A stretch of 63,763 bases of DNA, the filler included, from Folioceros fuciformis (lineage: Eukaryota), in NCBI GenBank assembly GCA_049999805.1. It is 8 parts of 8 records of this genome, joined end to end, with 100 filler letters (N's around TTAATTAATTAA, not from the genome) between each part and the next. Parts side by side here need not be neighbours in the genome. Positions count along the whole stretch, not along the records: positions 1 to 16,204 come from JBNGIO010002886.1; positions 16,305 to 25,355 come from JBNGIO010002888.1; 6 more parts are not named here. One strand, written 5' to 3'. The position numbers were made by a program, and so were the translations under genes. Of the stretch, positions 10,618-22,299 are shown piece by piece; positions within the stretch are counted from its first letter, which is position 1; each line of letters opens with the position of its first letter. Below the pieces are notes generated by a model. The model was not told the DNA's origin and made no database searches. It saw only the letters and a list, made by a program, of their open reading frames with translations.

Positions 10618-13283
10618 GAATTTTTCAGCAAGAGGACCGTCTGAGACTCCCCATGCCGAAAGTCATGCAAGCAAGGCTCATCTCCTCTTCCCTGTTGACG
10701 TCCGAAAGTACGGGGCCCCGAATCACATCCTGCCCGCGATCGTCGCTGGGAGATCCATCTCCAGCCAGCAATTCTGTTTGATGGAATGGCGTTCTTGCAA
10801 CGGAGCTGACACTGGCGAATCCTTTGTTTGCCCATGTCGACGGTCGATTCCTTGAAGTCGGGGAAGCGGGACCTCTTGCGAGAATACCAGTGAAACCATT
10901 CTGTTCAGTCCACTGTGCCCACCACGGATCCTGGTACCCATAGCGCGCCTGAATCGCTACACCCCAAACAGCCATGGGGCTTTAGAACTTATGAAATGTC
11001 AGCGACAGCAGGTAGCTGTTACACATCCTAAGACCCATACTGGCACTGAATGTAAGTCGTTCCCACGCTTTTTGCCCCGGTACCATGTTCACACATTCAG
11101 GGTCTGCCAGAACAAGAACAAACTGATCATAAATGAGGTCTCTCACGGCATCACCTGGTGATACGCACAACTTGCAAATACGAAGTTCTCATAGGGAGAG
11201 CAAGCGAAGCACGCACAAGCGAACATAGTGACACCCTGAACCGAGCTCAATTCCGACGACTGTGCAATCTGAATGTAAGAACGCGAGTTTCCTGAAGTTC
11301 TTCCTGAATTTGCCGGGCTTTGCACCCAATAAAAGAGTTTGGATTTGGTGGTCAGTCTGAAGGTGGTGCGCAATCATCTTTGCCCGTTACAGATGCATTC
11401 AATCATGACGCACGGTGAGAAGGATCGGGACTCGGTTCCAGACGCGTGATGACAAACGCCTCCAACAGTGCAGAGAGCAGGATGCAGGGTAGAGGGTTAT
11501 CTGAGCGCTGTTCTGAGAGCCATCTTGTCTTTCAGGTGTACAATCGTGACAAGCGGGCCAGTGACGAGGAGGAAACATCTGACTGAAACGACCAAGAGAG
11601 GAAGGTACTCGTAAGAGGTCATCATGTTCGCCTTAAAAAACCATTTGAGAAGTGGCTCGACCATGCACCAGAGGAATCTGTAGAAATTTTGTCCACGTCC
11701 TGCACAGGCACAGGGACGGATTCACAGATGGACCTTCGAAACAGATCAGGGGTAGACAAGCTGCAGTAAGGAACAAGAAAGCCACGATCAATGATGTGCT
11801 TGTACAGCAACCTTTCCTTCACGCCAGCTGCCATGGCTAGTAAGAGCAATTGCCCGACGAAGAGTGGGCCTTAAAGTCCGAATTCGTCGCAACACCTCCA
11901 GGGACCCCGTCGACGCCCGTTAATCATGAACCTGGAGTGCAAAGTAGGTCACACTTCGAATGTCCTCCGCTGTTTCTCATCGTCACTTCCCCCGATTCCA
12001 AGACGACAAAGGTAAGGCCACCAAGCTCCTTGCTCCGTGTCGGCGAGCGATTTCACGCAGACATGCAACAAGACAAAACAGAGTGGCGTGGGGGAATGGA
12101 ACACACGAGACGAAACGAAGAGAGAAAAGGGAGGGGAGAAAGCACGAATCTCCTTTTGGAGGTTGCAAGGCGCGGGATGGACAGCAATTTCCTTATTTCT
12201 GGCATATCTCGTACTGGTTTCTGTCTGTTGGACGTTTTGTCCCTAGAATAGAGGAAGATGGCCAAAAATATATCTTTTTCTTATCCTCTTTCCTTTATTG
12301 TATGCTATATCACAACCGCTTCACATCTAGAATAAAGATTCCATTTTCGTGAGTCAAAAAGTAAAGTCTCCTAGCAAAGTGGAAAGCCAGGTGGGAACCC
12401 TTTATCTCCAAGATCTCTCTAGACTAAGCAGCAAGACTCGAAAGAAAGAATTCATGAAGGTTTATATTAAGACTTTGCAGCTTTTCCGATGACATGCGTC
12501 CATAATGGATAATTTTTTTTTTACAGGGTGAGTTCAAGTATTTCCTGATTCCATTAAAGGTAGTCCAGGTAAGTTTGGGCATGTAATGCACTTGGTATTG
12601 TAGGTGACAAAAATGTGTCTTAGTAAGATCAAAGGGTAATAGAGTAGTAGAGCCTTAACAACAAATGATAACAAGGAAATGGGTTAGTTTTTAATTTGCA
12701 ATAAGGACTAATAGCATTACAACAACTTAAGAATGTAGCTTGAGACCATCAGCAAAGAAGTACGGGGCCTATGTGGCAATGAAGAGATTGAAAAAATTGC
12801 ATCTATCATGTGAAGTTGGAAGAAAGGCAACACATGCAAAGAGGGAGACCCATCTCGTTCCAATGCTTGAGGTAGGCTTTAGTAAAAACTTTTAAAAATC
12901 CTTGTCCATGGTCCTATACGTCACATGGCAGGAGGCTGAAAGTATATTCATTATTTTTCTTGGATTCAATTGACTCTCTCCGTTACTCCATCAATATTTG
13001 GATAGTATGCAATACTCATGTATAGTTACACATTCAAACTTCGAATCAAGTGCTACCGAAATTCTCTTGGGCTTGCCTGTGATACTTGTACATGTATGTT
13101 TTGAACAAGTTGGCTGCCTCAGAAGTTGTCACTCTCTTCTTAATGGGGATGGTGCTTGCTTGGTGAATCTATCCACCATTGTCATGATAGTTGTATACTC
13201 ATTAAACATTAAACAGTGTTTCTTACTAAGGGTCTGATTATACTCAAAGGGTAATTTGCCAATAGTAAACGTGGAAGGTTCTG

Positions 13284-13499
13284 GATTTTGGGCATGAATT
13301 TAGGGGTTTAGAGGTTTTCCAAAAAAGAAGGGTTAAAATAATGGTGTCCATGAGCAAAACGTTAGTCACCCACGTCCATGGTGGTTAACTAGATTTTGGG
13401 CATGAATTTGGGGGTTTAGAGGTTTTCCAAAAAAAAGAAGGGTTAAAATAATGATGTCCATAAGCAAAACATTAGTCACCGACGTCCATGGTGGTTAAC
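13284..13499. repeat. Direct tandem duplication of ~108 bp
   Basis: gattttgggcatgaattt...cgtccatggtggttaac occurs twice in tandem. Confidence 0.8.
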
Positions 13500-14689
13500 A
13501 TCATGGTGTGTTGCTTAATGATTTCTTTTGGAATTATGAATATAATGCCCATGTGTGCTGCAACTTGGGAAAAAGTGTATAGGCACAAAAAAAGCTGTAA
13601 AGCCAACAACACTAAACACAATAAGGATGTTGCCCATACACTATCATCTACACTTCAACACAAAGACTTGGGTTGCGACACCAGCAATGCCTGCCTGCCA
13701 TACTTGTAGTTGATGTGTTTTTGCGGGAAATGAAGAAGGGCGCCGACATGCCGATGCCCTTCTCTGGCACAAGGGGACTATGCATGCGCTAGTGGCATCA
13801 ACTGTAAAAAGGATGACGCTTGAAGTTACCCTTTTCTGCAATACTAAACCACCCACCTACCTTGTAACTTGAAGAAAGCATGCAGTTGTTGGCACCATTT
13901 GCTTGGTAGTGAGTTTGGAATAGGGTGTGGTTGCTACAGTGACATAGTCATGAAGACATTTGCCACATCTGTGGTCCCCTTTCCTTCTTGCCCTTCTACG
14001 CATATGGAACTACGCATCAACCACATGCTCATTGTCAGAGTCAATGCCGTCTTTGGCACCTACTGGAGAGCCATCCTCTTCCTTCTCATCATCACTGTGA
14101 AGAATTGATAGGGTTCTAGGTTAAAGACGCGATTGTATGTCCTTCAGTTTCTACCTGTTTCTTCAGTTTCTTTTTGGAGGAAACCGTAATATTGGAGAAC
14201 AATTTTGTTGACATACAACTTCTGCACATTCAAGGCTTTCATTGTTTTTCCTTCTCTCCCTCTGGACGACCTCTCCTCGTCCTCTCCACTTTGAACAATG
14301 TATTCTCTAAAATAGCGGCCCTCGAATGCATCTGTATGTTCTATCCGCCACCAATGCACTAGAAGGAATGGATTGGCGGCTCCTACGTTTGTCTGGATGT
14401 CTCCCTCACAAGGAGTTACTGTGAACATACCCTTCTGTATTTTTGAGATATTACCGTTCATGCAGTCAATTTCCTCATTCCTTCTTTCCGCACTTTGATA
14501 TGCACCCAAGTACATCTCTCATAGTGCAACATCCCGAATCAATGCTTCTTTTAGAATGGCTTCCTCGAGCAGTTGTATGGGCAGCATTGTGGCAGCTGCT
14601 GACTTCCTATGACAAGTTGTTGAGTTTCTTTATAGCGTTGTCGTATTGTCGACCCCTTTCTATCTTCGTGATAGGCCAAACAAAGAAGT

Positions 14690-16204
14690 TGGCTATCTCC
14701 CACTAAATCACTTGGAGGCGAGGGCATGATGACGTCCATAGAAATACTCTTCCATAGCTCTCTTAGGATAGGTAAGGGCTATAACAAACCTTATCCTATT
14801 GACAAATAACACATGCCTTGACATAATCCAATGTATCTTGATACATTCCTTGCCAATAAAATAGCTTCCTCAACTTCTCATAAGTTGAATCACTTCCACG
14901 GTGACCAACACTTAGCATATCATGACATTCAGCAGGTAATTTCCTTTCAACCCTCCATAGTTAGGGATCACAACTCTCTCTATTTGTACATTAACAAACC
15001 ATTTCTAAGTTTGAGCTTGCTTCCTTTCTTTGCTACCCCTTTCATCCAGTACTGCACTTCATAATCTTACACTTCATAATCTTACATATAAGCTTCTTTT
15101 ATCTCTTAGTGAGCATCCATAGATACAATCACAGTTGTCATTGCCTTCAATTCTTGACTCTACTTGCGACTCAGTTCATCTACAACGTTGTTCTCTTTTC
15201 TAAGCTTATGTATGAGAGTTATAGCGTACATAGCCAGGAAATTTTGTCATTTAGCTTGTCTCGCATTCATTTTCAATTGATTTGAGAAGTACGTTGTAGT
15301 GATATTATTAATATACAACATAAAAGACCAACCCAAGAGATGGTGTCTCCAAGCCTTTAGACAATTGATGACAATAGTCATCTCCTTCTCGTAAGTGGGA
15401 TACTTCATCTATAGTATAAGGATACACTTTTTTGACTCAAAAGCTAACTACTTTTGGTCTTACATCAAAACTCCATCTATAGCCATATTTGACACATCAT
15501 AATACACTTCTATATCTCACTTAGGGTTATACATTCCCAACACTAGAGTAGTGCTCAACTTCTTTTTCAAGTACTCAGCAAAGGCTAGCTGGCATTCAAC
15601 ATCCCATCAACTTCTTTTTCAAGTACTCAACAAAGGCTAGCTGGCATTCAACATCCCATCTCCAAGCTTTTGATGTCTTCAAGAGGTTAGTTATACGGCC
15701 TATTATGTTAGTAAACGCATGTATAAACCTCCTATACATAGAAGCCAAACCCATAAAGCTCTGTACCTCATTAATGTTTTGAGAGGGCTACCAATCTTGA
15801 ATGGCCTGAACGTTATCAAGATCTATCTTGATGCCCTTAGTAAAGACAATGATTCATTGTCTCATCAAAGTGGTCGTCGATGGAAGAATTACATTGTTAA
15901 GTTTCAAAAACCTAAGCATGGAATCTTTATCTTGATGGAATACACTTCTTGATTGCTTGGAATAAAGAATTTTCTCTTTAATCTCTATAATACTTTCCTT
16001 AAGTTACCTCCAAGGTATAACTATATATCAAAATGTAATCCAAATAAATTACAACACACTTACACTTGTCCACTATATCTATAAATATAGTATTCATAAA
16101 AGTTTGAAATGTGGCAAGTGCATTAGTAAGTCCAAATGGTATGACAAGAAACTCAAAAGATCTATACCTTGTTCTATATGCTGTTTGTACTCATGCTCTT
16201 AGGG
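14690..16204 (-). mobile_element. Decayed Ty3/Gypsy pol fragment (RT, RNase H, start of integrase)
   Basis: Minus-strand motifs [23 protein letters not shown] (RT), YPTYEKEMTIVINCLKAWRHHLLG (RNase H) and GLL*PLPILRELWKSISMD (integrase), in Gypsy domain order. Many stops. Confidence 0.8.
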
Positions 16205-16304
16205 NNNNNNNNNNNNNNNNNNNNNNNNNNNNNNNNNNNNNNNNNNNNTTAATTAATTAANNNNNNNNNNNNNNNNNNNNNNNNNNNNNNNNNNNNNNNN
16301 NNNN
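16205..16304. other. Artificial contig spacer
   Basis: N44-TTAATTAATTAA-N44 (stops in all frames). Confidence 0.97.
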
Positions 16305-18790
16305 GATGCTCTTGTTTGTGCACGAGGTGGTCAAGGGGAGCAAGGTGGACTGGGGGAAAATCTTGTACACCAGGATGGACGAGGAAACGCAAAATCTAAC
16401 CCTGTCCTCTCCCCGACCTTCAATGATTTCTCCCTTCCTAATTCCATATCTACTACTATGCTAATCTCGTGTCTGAGCTGGAGGTGCTCGCGTCACTGCA
16501 CATGTGGAGACCAATAAGAGATGTAAAGTGGAAGCCCGCCGAGCCAGCGGAAGCCGACTCCAGCAGCTGGGAGTCAGGCGATGTGGATAGTTCGGAGGAG
16601 GGGACCCCTGCCAGGCAGAAGAGAAAGGCAGGGTCAGGGAAAAAGGCTCCCGCTAAGAGGAGACGGACTAGTGGTCATATTGTCAGAAAAGGAAGCGGGT
16701 TCGCATCACAGGAGGTAGTCCTGGAATGGGCTGAGGGGGAGCAGGGAGCTGTTCAAGAACTAGCAGAGCAGGAATCGAATGAAGAGGAACTAGAAGCACC
16801 CCAGGAGCATATGCCAGCTATGGAAGTGGCCCCTCCTAAGGGGAGGAGTGAATTAGGGCACATTCCAGAGTAGGAAGTCTTCCCAGAATGAGAAGTTTTT
16901 AGAAAAATTCCTCAGGTGGAAAAGTTGCAGGCAGGGGAGCTAGAGAAGTTACGAGCGCCGCTGGGAAGGCAGATAACCAAGAGGGGAATGGCTCCTATGG
17001 GGTCGCAGGAGGTGAATCTGCCAAGACTAACCTCAGCCACGGTGCAGGCACAAGCGAACGTGTTGGACCAGGTGGCTAGGGCATTGACTTGGCTGAGCAG
17101 GCAGGCAAAGAAGGAGGCTGAGGCCCGAAGTAGGGAGGCAGAGGCAAGAGGAAAGGAGTCCGAAAGCCTGGAGACAGCTGGCGGAGTCTGAAACGGCACG
17201 AGGGCAAAGCACAAGCAGAAGAAGAGGTGCGCCAGGCCAAGGTAGAGATCCAGGCGCTGATGGAGCAACAGGAGTCGCTCCTAGCTCAGGTGAGGGTAGC
17301 CCATGAGACTAATTTGGAAATACAGCATGAGATAGCTAAGGCTCAGGAGTAGGAGATGGTTGCGATGGAACAAGCCCAGAAGCTGGCGGATAGGTACAAA
17401 CGGGAGCGGGACGAGGCCAGAGAGCGAGTAAAAGGGAAGGGCAAGACTAGGTGTAGTGGTCGGACGATGACGCCGGTAGCCGAAAGGGCTACCGGTGGTC
17501 CAACTCCAGATCCGGTAGCCGACAGGCCTACTGGTAGTCGGGTTCCAGAACCGGTAAGCGGAGGGGCTACCGGTAGTCTCGCGATGCCCGAGGTAGTTGA
17601 AGGGACTGCCGGTGGGGGAGGTACGACGTCGATACTTGAAGCCACGACCCCGGTAGCCGAAGCAGTAAGGGCAGAGGCGCTTGTGCACAGTCGTTCCAGG
17701 TTGGTGACTCGCACCAAGCGGATTGAGCTGGGGAAAGTAGTAGCAGCTGGAGGGATGGAGGACTCTCAGGTACCCCAGGAGAGCAGGGGTCAGGCAGCCC
17801 GAGGTAGCCCAAGGGAGGAAGGGGTAAGCACCTCCTTTATGATAGAGGGTCAGGTTATGCTGCAGTATGAGGAGGAGGCCTCTTATGTGCCAGGCCTCTA
17901 TGCAGAGGGAGCCCGAGTTCTGAAGCTGTTTTTGTATGTACGTATGGGCATAGGAGGGACGCGGGGCTACGGCCTACAACTGAAGACCCGCAAGGGCATC
18001 TGCTACTACCGCTAGCGGGTATGGGGGCTGCCTCATTGCTATTCTAAGGCAATCTTGGAGGAACTGACGGAGGAGGAGGTGCAGCGGTGGGTTGAACAGG
18101 AGCATGTCCTCATCCTCACTAATCGGCAACGGAGGGAGGAGAGGGATTTCCTGCAACGAGACCCGCTTGCGCCGCCTCCAGCGAGAGCCTGTAGCAGCAG
18201 TAGTGAGGTGGAGGTCCTGTGGGAGGACCTGCCTGACCAGCGGCGAGGTAGGAGGCCAGAGGCGGACCAGTAGGGGGAGGAGCACGACGGCCAGGAGGAA
18301 GGCGCCAGTGGCAAAGAGGGAGGCGATAGTAATTACAATCTAGACTAGTTTTTTTTAGATTGTTTTTGCTTGGACCTAAGCCGCTCAGAATTTAAGAGCG
18401 CTGACTGACCCCAAACAGACTTTATGGTGGAAAGACCGCCACTACCGTGTACAAGAGGCCAGTTTGAGGCCTCAAAAAAATCAGCAAGAAACCAGCCAGA
18501 CATTACGACCTTATGGAAGCCTAGCGATGGCCGTTGCTGGACAGGAGGTCCAGGCAAGCGAGCGCACGTAGTGTTCTGAGGGTGTGGGTGCAGGTGGTGG
18601 ATGCTCCGTAATCGGAAACCAGGAACGAATCGGGAGGAGAGACCTCACAGAGTGGGAGACGAACTCCCCAGCTATTCCCGTGGCGGTTGTATGGAATGGT
18701 AAAGGTGCTGGAGGCCGAATCCACGAGTCCGGAGTAGAAGTGGATACCCCTTCCCTTAGCCTCCGGTGACCCACCATTCCTTCAATTTCG
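16305..18790 (+). mobile_element. Repeat family X copy 1: decayed extra-ORF region of a probable Gypsy-type retroelement
   Basis: Homologous to 29313-31950 and 61270-62622: FVHEVVKGSKVDWGKILYTRMDEE..., coiled-coil, TGS-repeat linker, GVSTSFM..LQYEEEASYVPGLY..LKLFLYVRMG domain and a conserved downstream block. Confidence 0.7.
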
Positions 18791-19994
18791 GAGGCCCTGG
18801 AAGGGCGAGGTGGAGGAGAATGTCGAGAGTCATGAGTGGGTTGAAAAATGAGAGGGTGCGTGTAAGAGAATTAATGAATGTATGTTGGTAGAGAAAGAAT
18901 GCGGATGGAGTGATTAATGTTGCGAAAGCGGTGAGCGGCTGTGGGTCGTGAGGGTGGCGGTGTTAGAAGGAAGAGGTTGTGTGATTGAATAACTATGGTG
19001 ACTGTGTGTGTGTAAGCCTAGGGTGTGGCGAAGGTTGAGCTGAGGAGTTGATCAGCGGGTGTGTGGCGCTGTGACGAGGTGGTCGTGGTTGACAAGAACG
19101 TGCACGGAGTAAAAGGGTGTGACGAAAGCGAAATGTGCCTATGCGCTGAGACAGAATATCGTGAGGTAAAGAGATGACTGTATGTGTGTGAGATTGAGGC
19201 GAGAGGATGCACGACCGATTGAGGATGGGAGTAGAATATGGCAGTGGACGAGAGTGCGCTGACTGATTAGGAGCCGTATATGAACGTGAACGAGTATATG
19301 AACTGAACACCTTCGATCCCAGAGAGAAGCAGTGCGTAGACGAGAGTGGACGGAAGGGCATGCGTTGTGAGGGAGGACGTTCGCCAGCAAGGGAGATAGA
19401 ACGTGATTATTAGAAGGCATAAGTCAGAAAAAGTAAGCCGTGGGGTAAATTAGAGCGGGAGAAAGAGGAGAGAGAGAGTGTGTGTGAGTTAGAGGGAGAA
19501 AGAGAGAGTGTGTGTGTGGACCCCACTGAGGTAGCTGGTTGGGCGACCGTTGCCAGGAGGGAAATGGAAGCAATCGAGTGTAGTAGTAGCTGTCGGGGCG
19601 ATAGAGTAGCCGGGTCGGCCGTAAGGTAGTCCAGGGATAAGGTAGTCGAGGGGGCGATGGTGGTAGTTGAGTCGCGATCAGGTTGAGGTAGCCGGATAGG
19701 TGGTAGTAGTAGTTGTGTGGGACTGACCTGGGGCAGTAATTGACTTTGTGAGACAACATGTGTTATTTAACACAAATTATTCCCTTGGGATCGAATCCCA
19801 ATGCTATAACGATAAAGAGGTTTTGTGTGGACATCGCAGCACCCCCGGGTGCAATATTTTTCCCCACACACCGCGATAGACAAAACCAAGGCAGCTATAA
19901 GCCAAGAGGATATATAAACGTACCCTAGGACTTGCTCCAGATTCGACTGCGCATAATTGGCCTAAACCATGTGAGCGATATTCAAGCCATAATT

Positions 19995-20564
19995 CTATTT
20001 CTGAACTTGCTTTTCCTCCTTTCGTTGAAGCGTTCTAACCATAATTTGATGATCTGTCCGTAGCTCTTCCAACACGTTTGTTAGAAGGTCAACACTACAA
20101 CATTGAGCTTCATCCACACCTCGCCACCAAAAGCCATTGTTGATTTGTTGGCCTTGGTTGGAGGTACCATTGAGAGCCATCTTTGATAGCCTCTCCTCTT
20201 CTTCAAGGAGCAGAAATTGTTTTTCCTTCTCGCTGATTATTTGTGCATTGATTTCATTGTATGTGTGTTGCAACACATCCAATCCTTCAAATCTAGAGGC
20301 TTCCAAGTAGGTGGCCATATCAGGAGCATCTCCTTCAAGCTCTCCTATATTGTGTAAGTGCTTATCAACCACATAGTCCACATTAGGGTTGCCGTAGGAG
20401 AAGGTCTTCCCAACTTGCGAGAATACAACTATAGCAATCTCCGCACCGCACATAACAGCCATCTCATGAGCCTTCTTGAACAATCCCCCTCGCCTCTTAG
20501 AGAAGGTAACTTGCCGTGTGGTGGGGTCCTCAATTTTCTCAATGTCTATTTTCCTCCTTCCCAT
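19995..20564 (-). CDS. Type I (M-alpha/AGL62-like) MADS-box transcription factor
   Basis: Intronless 189-aa ORF starting [60 protein letters not shown]. No K-box. Has a coiled-coil and FWW motif typical of M-alpha proteins. Confidence 0.93.
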   Translation of the reverse strand: MGRRKIDIEKIEDPTTRQVTFSKRRGGLFKKAHEMAVMCGAEIAIVVFSQVGKTFSYGNPNVDYVVDKHLHNIGELEGDAPDMATYLEASRFEGLDVLQHTYNEINAQIISEKEKQFLLLEEEERLSKMALNGTSNQGQQINNGFWWRGVDEAQCCSVDLLTNVLEELRTDHQIMVRTLQRKEEKQVQK

Positions 20565-20838
20565 GTGCTCGAACTTTCATATGTCAGAAAGGGTGTGAGG
20601 AGAAAGGGTGAGAGGATATCGAACTGTAGTTGAGCGCGCCCACAACGTTTCTATAAGGGGCATGAAAAGAAAAAGTTACTATAAGAAGAAGTGGGAAAGT
20701 CCAAAATCCTTGCACCTTAAATATGACCAACACACCATACATGCGCCAACCCTAAGATGGTTCAAGTAGATAATCTCATCCCTATGGAGAATGCCTGTGT
20801 ATATGTAGGTGGTCTTTATTCCCTATTAGGATTGTACG

Positions 20839-21139
20839 TCGCATGTGGTTCAGGATGACCTTGTACTTATAAGGAAAGACTTCGCATGTGGTTCAGGATG
20901 ACCTTGTACTTATAAGGAAAGTCATCGCATGTGGTTCATGATGACCTTGTACTTATAAGGAAAGTCTTCGCATGTGGTTCAAGATGACCTTGTACTTATA
21001 AGGAAAGTCATTGCATGTGGTTCATGATAACCTTGTACTTATAAGGAAAGTCCTCGCATGTAGTTCAGGATGACCTTGTACTTATAAGGAAAGCCGTCGC
21101 ATGTGTTTCAGGATGACCTTTTACTTATAAGGAAAGTCC
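20839..21139. repeat. Tandem array of 7 x 43-bp units upstream of the MADS gene
   Basis: Unit tcgcatgtggttcaggatgaccttgtacttataaggaaagtc(n) starts at 20839, 20882, 20925, 20968, 21011, 21054 and 21097. Confidence 0.95.
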
Positions 21140-22299
21140 ATACTTGTCTTGACTTTAAGTACTAAATTAATAATTTCTATAAAAGAAAATATTCTCTAAT
21201 TAGCATAAAATAAACTTGACATTCTATCCATATCTATCTACCTTCCATATCTATCTATGTTCTATATCTATCCACCTTCCATATTTATCAACTACCATAT
21301 TTATCTATCCATATTTATCAACTACCATATTTATCTATTTATTGATATATACATACTTGCATCATCTTGGTGATGGACAACAAGCTATAGAGGTTACCTG
21401 CAAACATACTAGCTTGGGATGTTTGCGATCTAAGTGCCTCAGCTATGACGCTAACTCTTTCAAACTCTAAAGCGATCTAAGTGCCTCAGCTATGATGCTA
21501 ACTCTTTCAAACTCTAAAGATAGGGAAACACTCCAAAATCCTCCGTCACCGTGCACTTGAAAGTGGTGCAAGAAAGTGGCTAGGTGGCCTCTCTTAGGTA
21601 TTGCTATCCACCAATTTGTCATTCCTAAGGCCATTCCCATGTCCACAGCTCTTGGCCAGGTAACCACTTTCCTATGCTTGGCCCTTCAATGAAAATGGAC
21701 GGCAAGTGCCATTGACCATGTCAACATATGCTCTTCATATTGTCTTATTTTACTTTATCTTAATTTTTATCTTTTACTCTTATCAACATAACTTGAGTAC
21801 TAAGCACAACGTTCGAAGTGCTTATTTTACTTTATCTTTATTTTTATCTTTTACTCTCATCAACATAACTTGAGTACTAAGCACAACTATTCGAGGTGCG
21901 TTGAATTCATTTCTCATAGACTTACGCGTTCGAGGTGCGTTCAGTTTATTTCTCATAGACTTAGACCTTGCCGCAAGAGAGCATTGTCATGGAGCCTCAT
22001 CTTGTACAAGCCATCTATACGGTCATTGTCATCATCATGGTTGTCATTCTTGACCTTTGGAATTTCATCATCTTATCAACAAAAGGCCAATGTATGAGTA
22101 GCATGCTTGTTTTCCTAGATTCTTAAGATTATGCTTCACTTGAGATCATAGCTTGCAAGCAAGCTGTGTGATCTCCAACAAGCAAGCTAGAAGCAACCAT
22201 AGTACCGTTATCTCAACTTGGCGACAATGGGGATGACTGTGGACTCCACATGCTGAACAGACCCCTGGGAAATGATAGGTTTTCTTTTTTTTGGATTTG

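Noticed and set aside
7818-10855. Plus-strand and alternate-frame ORFs over the PPR gene
   Set aside because: Antisense shadows of the repetitive PPR coding sequence.
11143-12352. Short ORFs upstream of the PPR gene
   Set aside because: No consistent exon chain or domain. More likely leader/promoter sequence.
13296-13420. Telomeric TTTAGGG-like motifs
   Set aside because: Only isolated degenerate copies within a local duplication.
14144-14515. 123-aa ORF next to the Gypsy remnant
   Set aside because: No recognisable motif and lies in decayed sequence. Cannot be assigned.
18385-18440. Hammerhead ribozyme (ctgactga...gaaa)
   Set aside because: Core is not CUGANGA, the stems do not fit and it is absent from copy 3.
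20839-21139. CRISPR-like array
   Set aside because: Units abut with no unique spacers, the context is eukaryotic and there are no cas genes.
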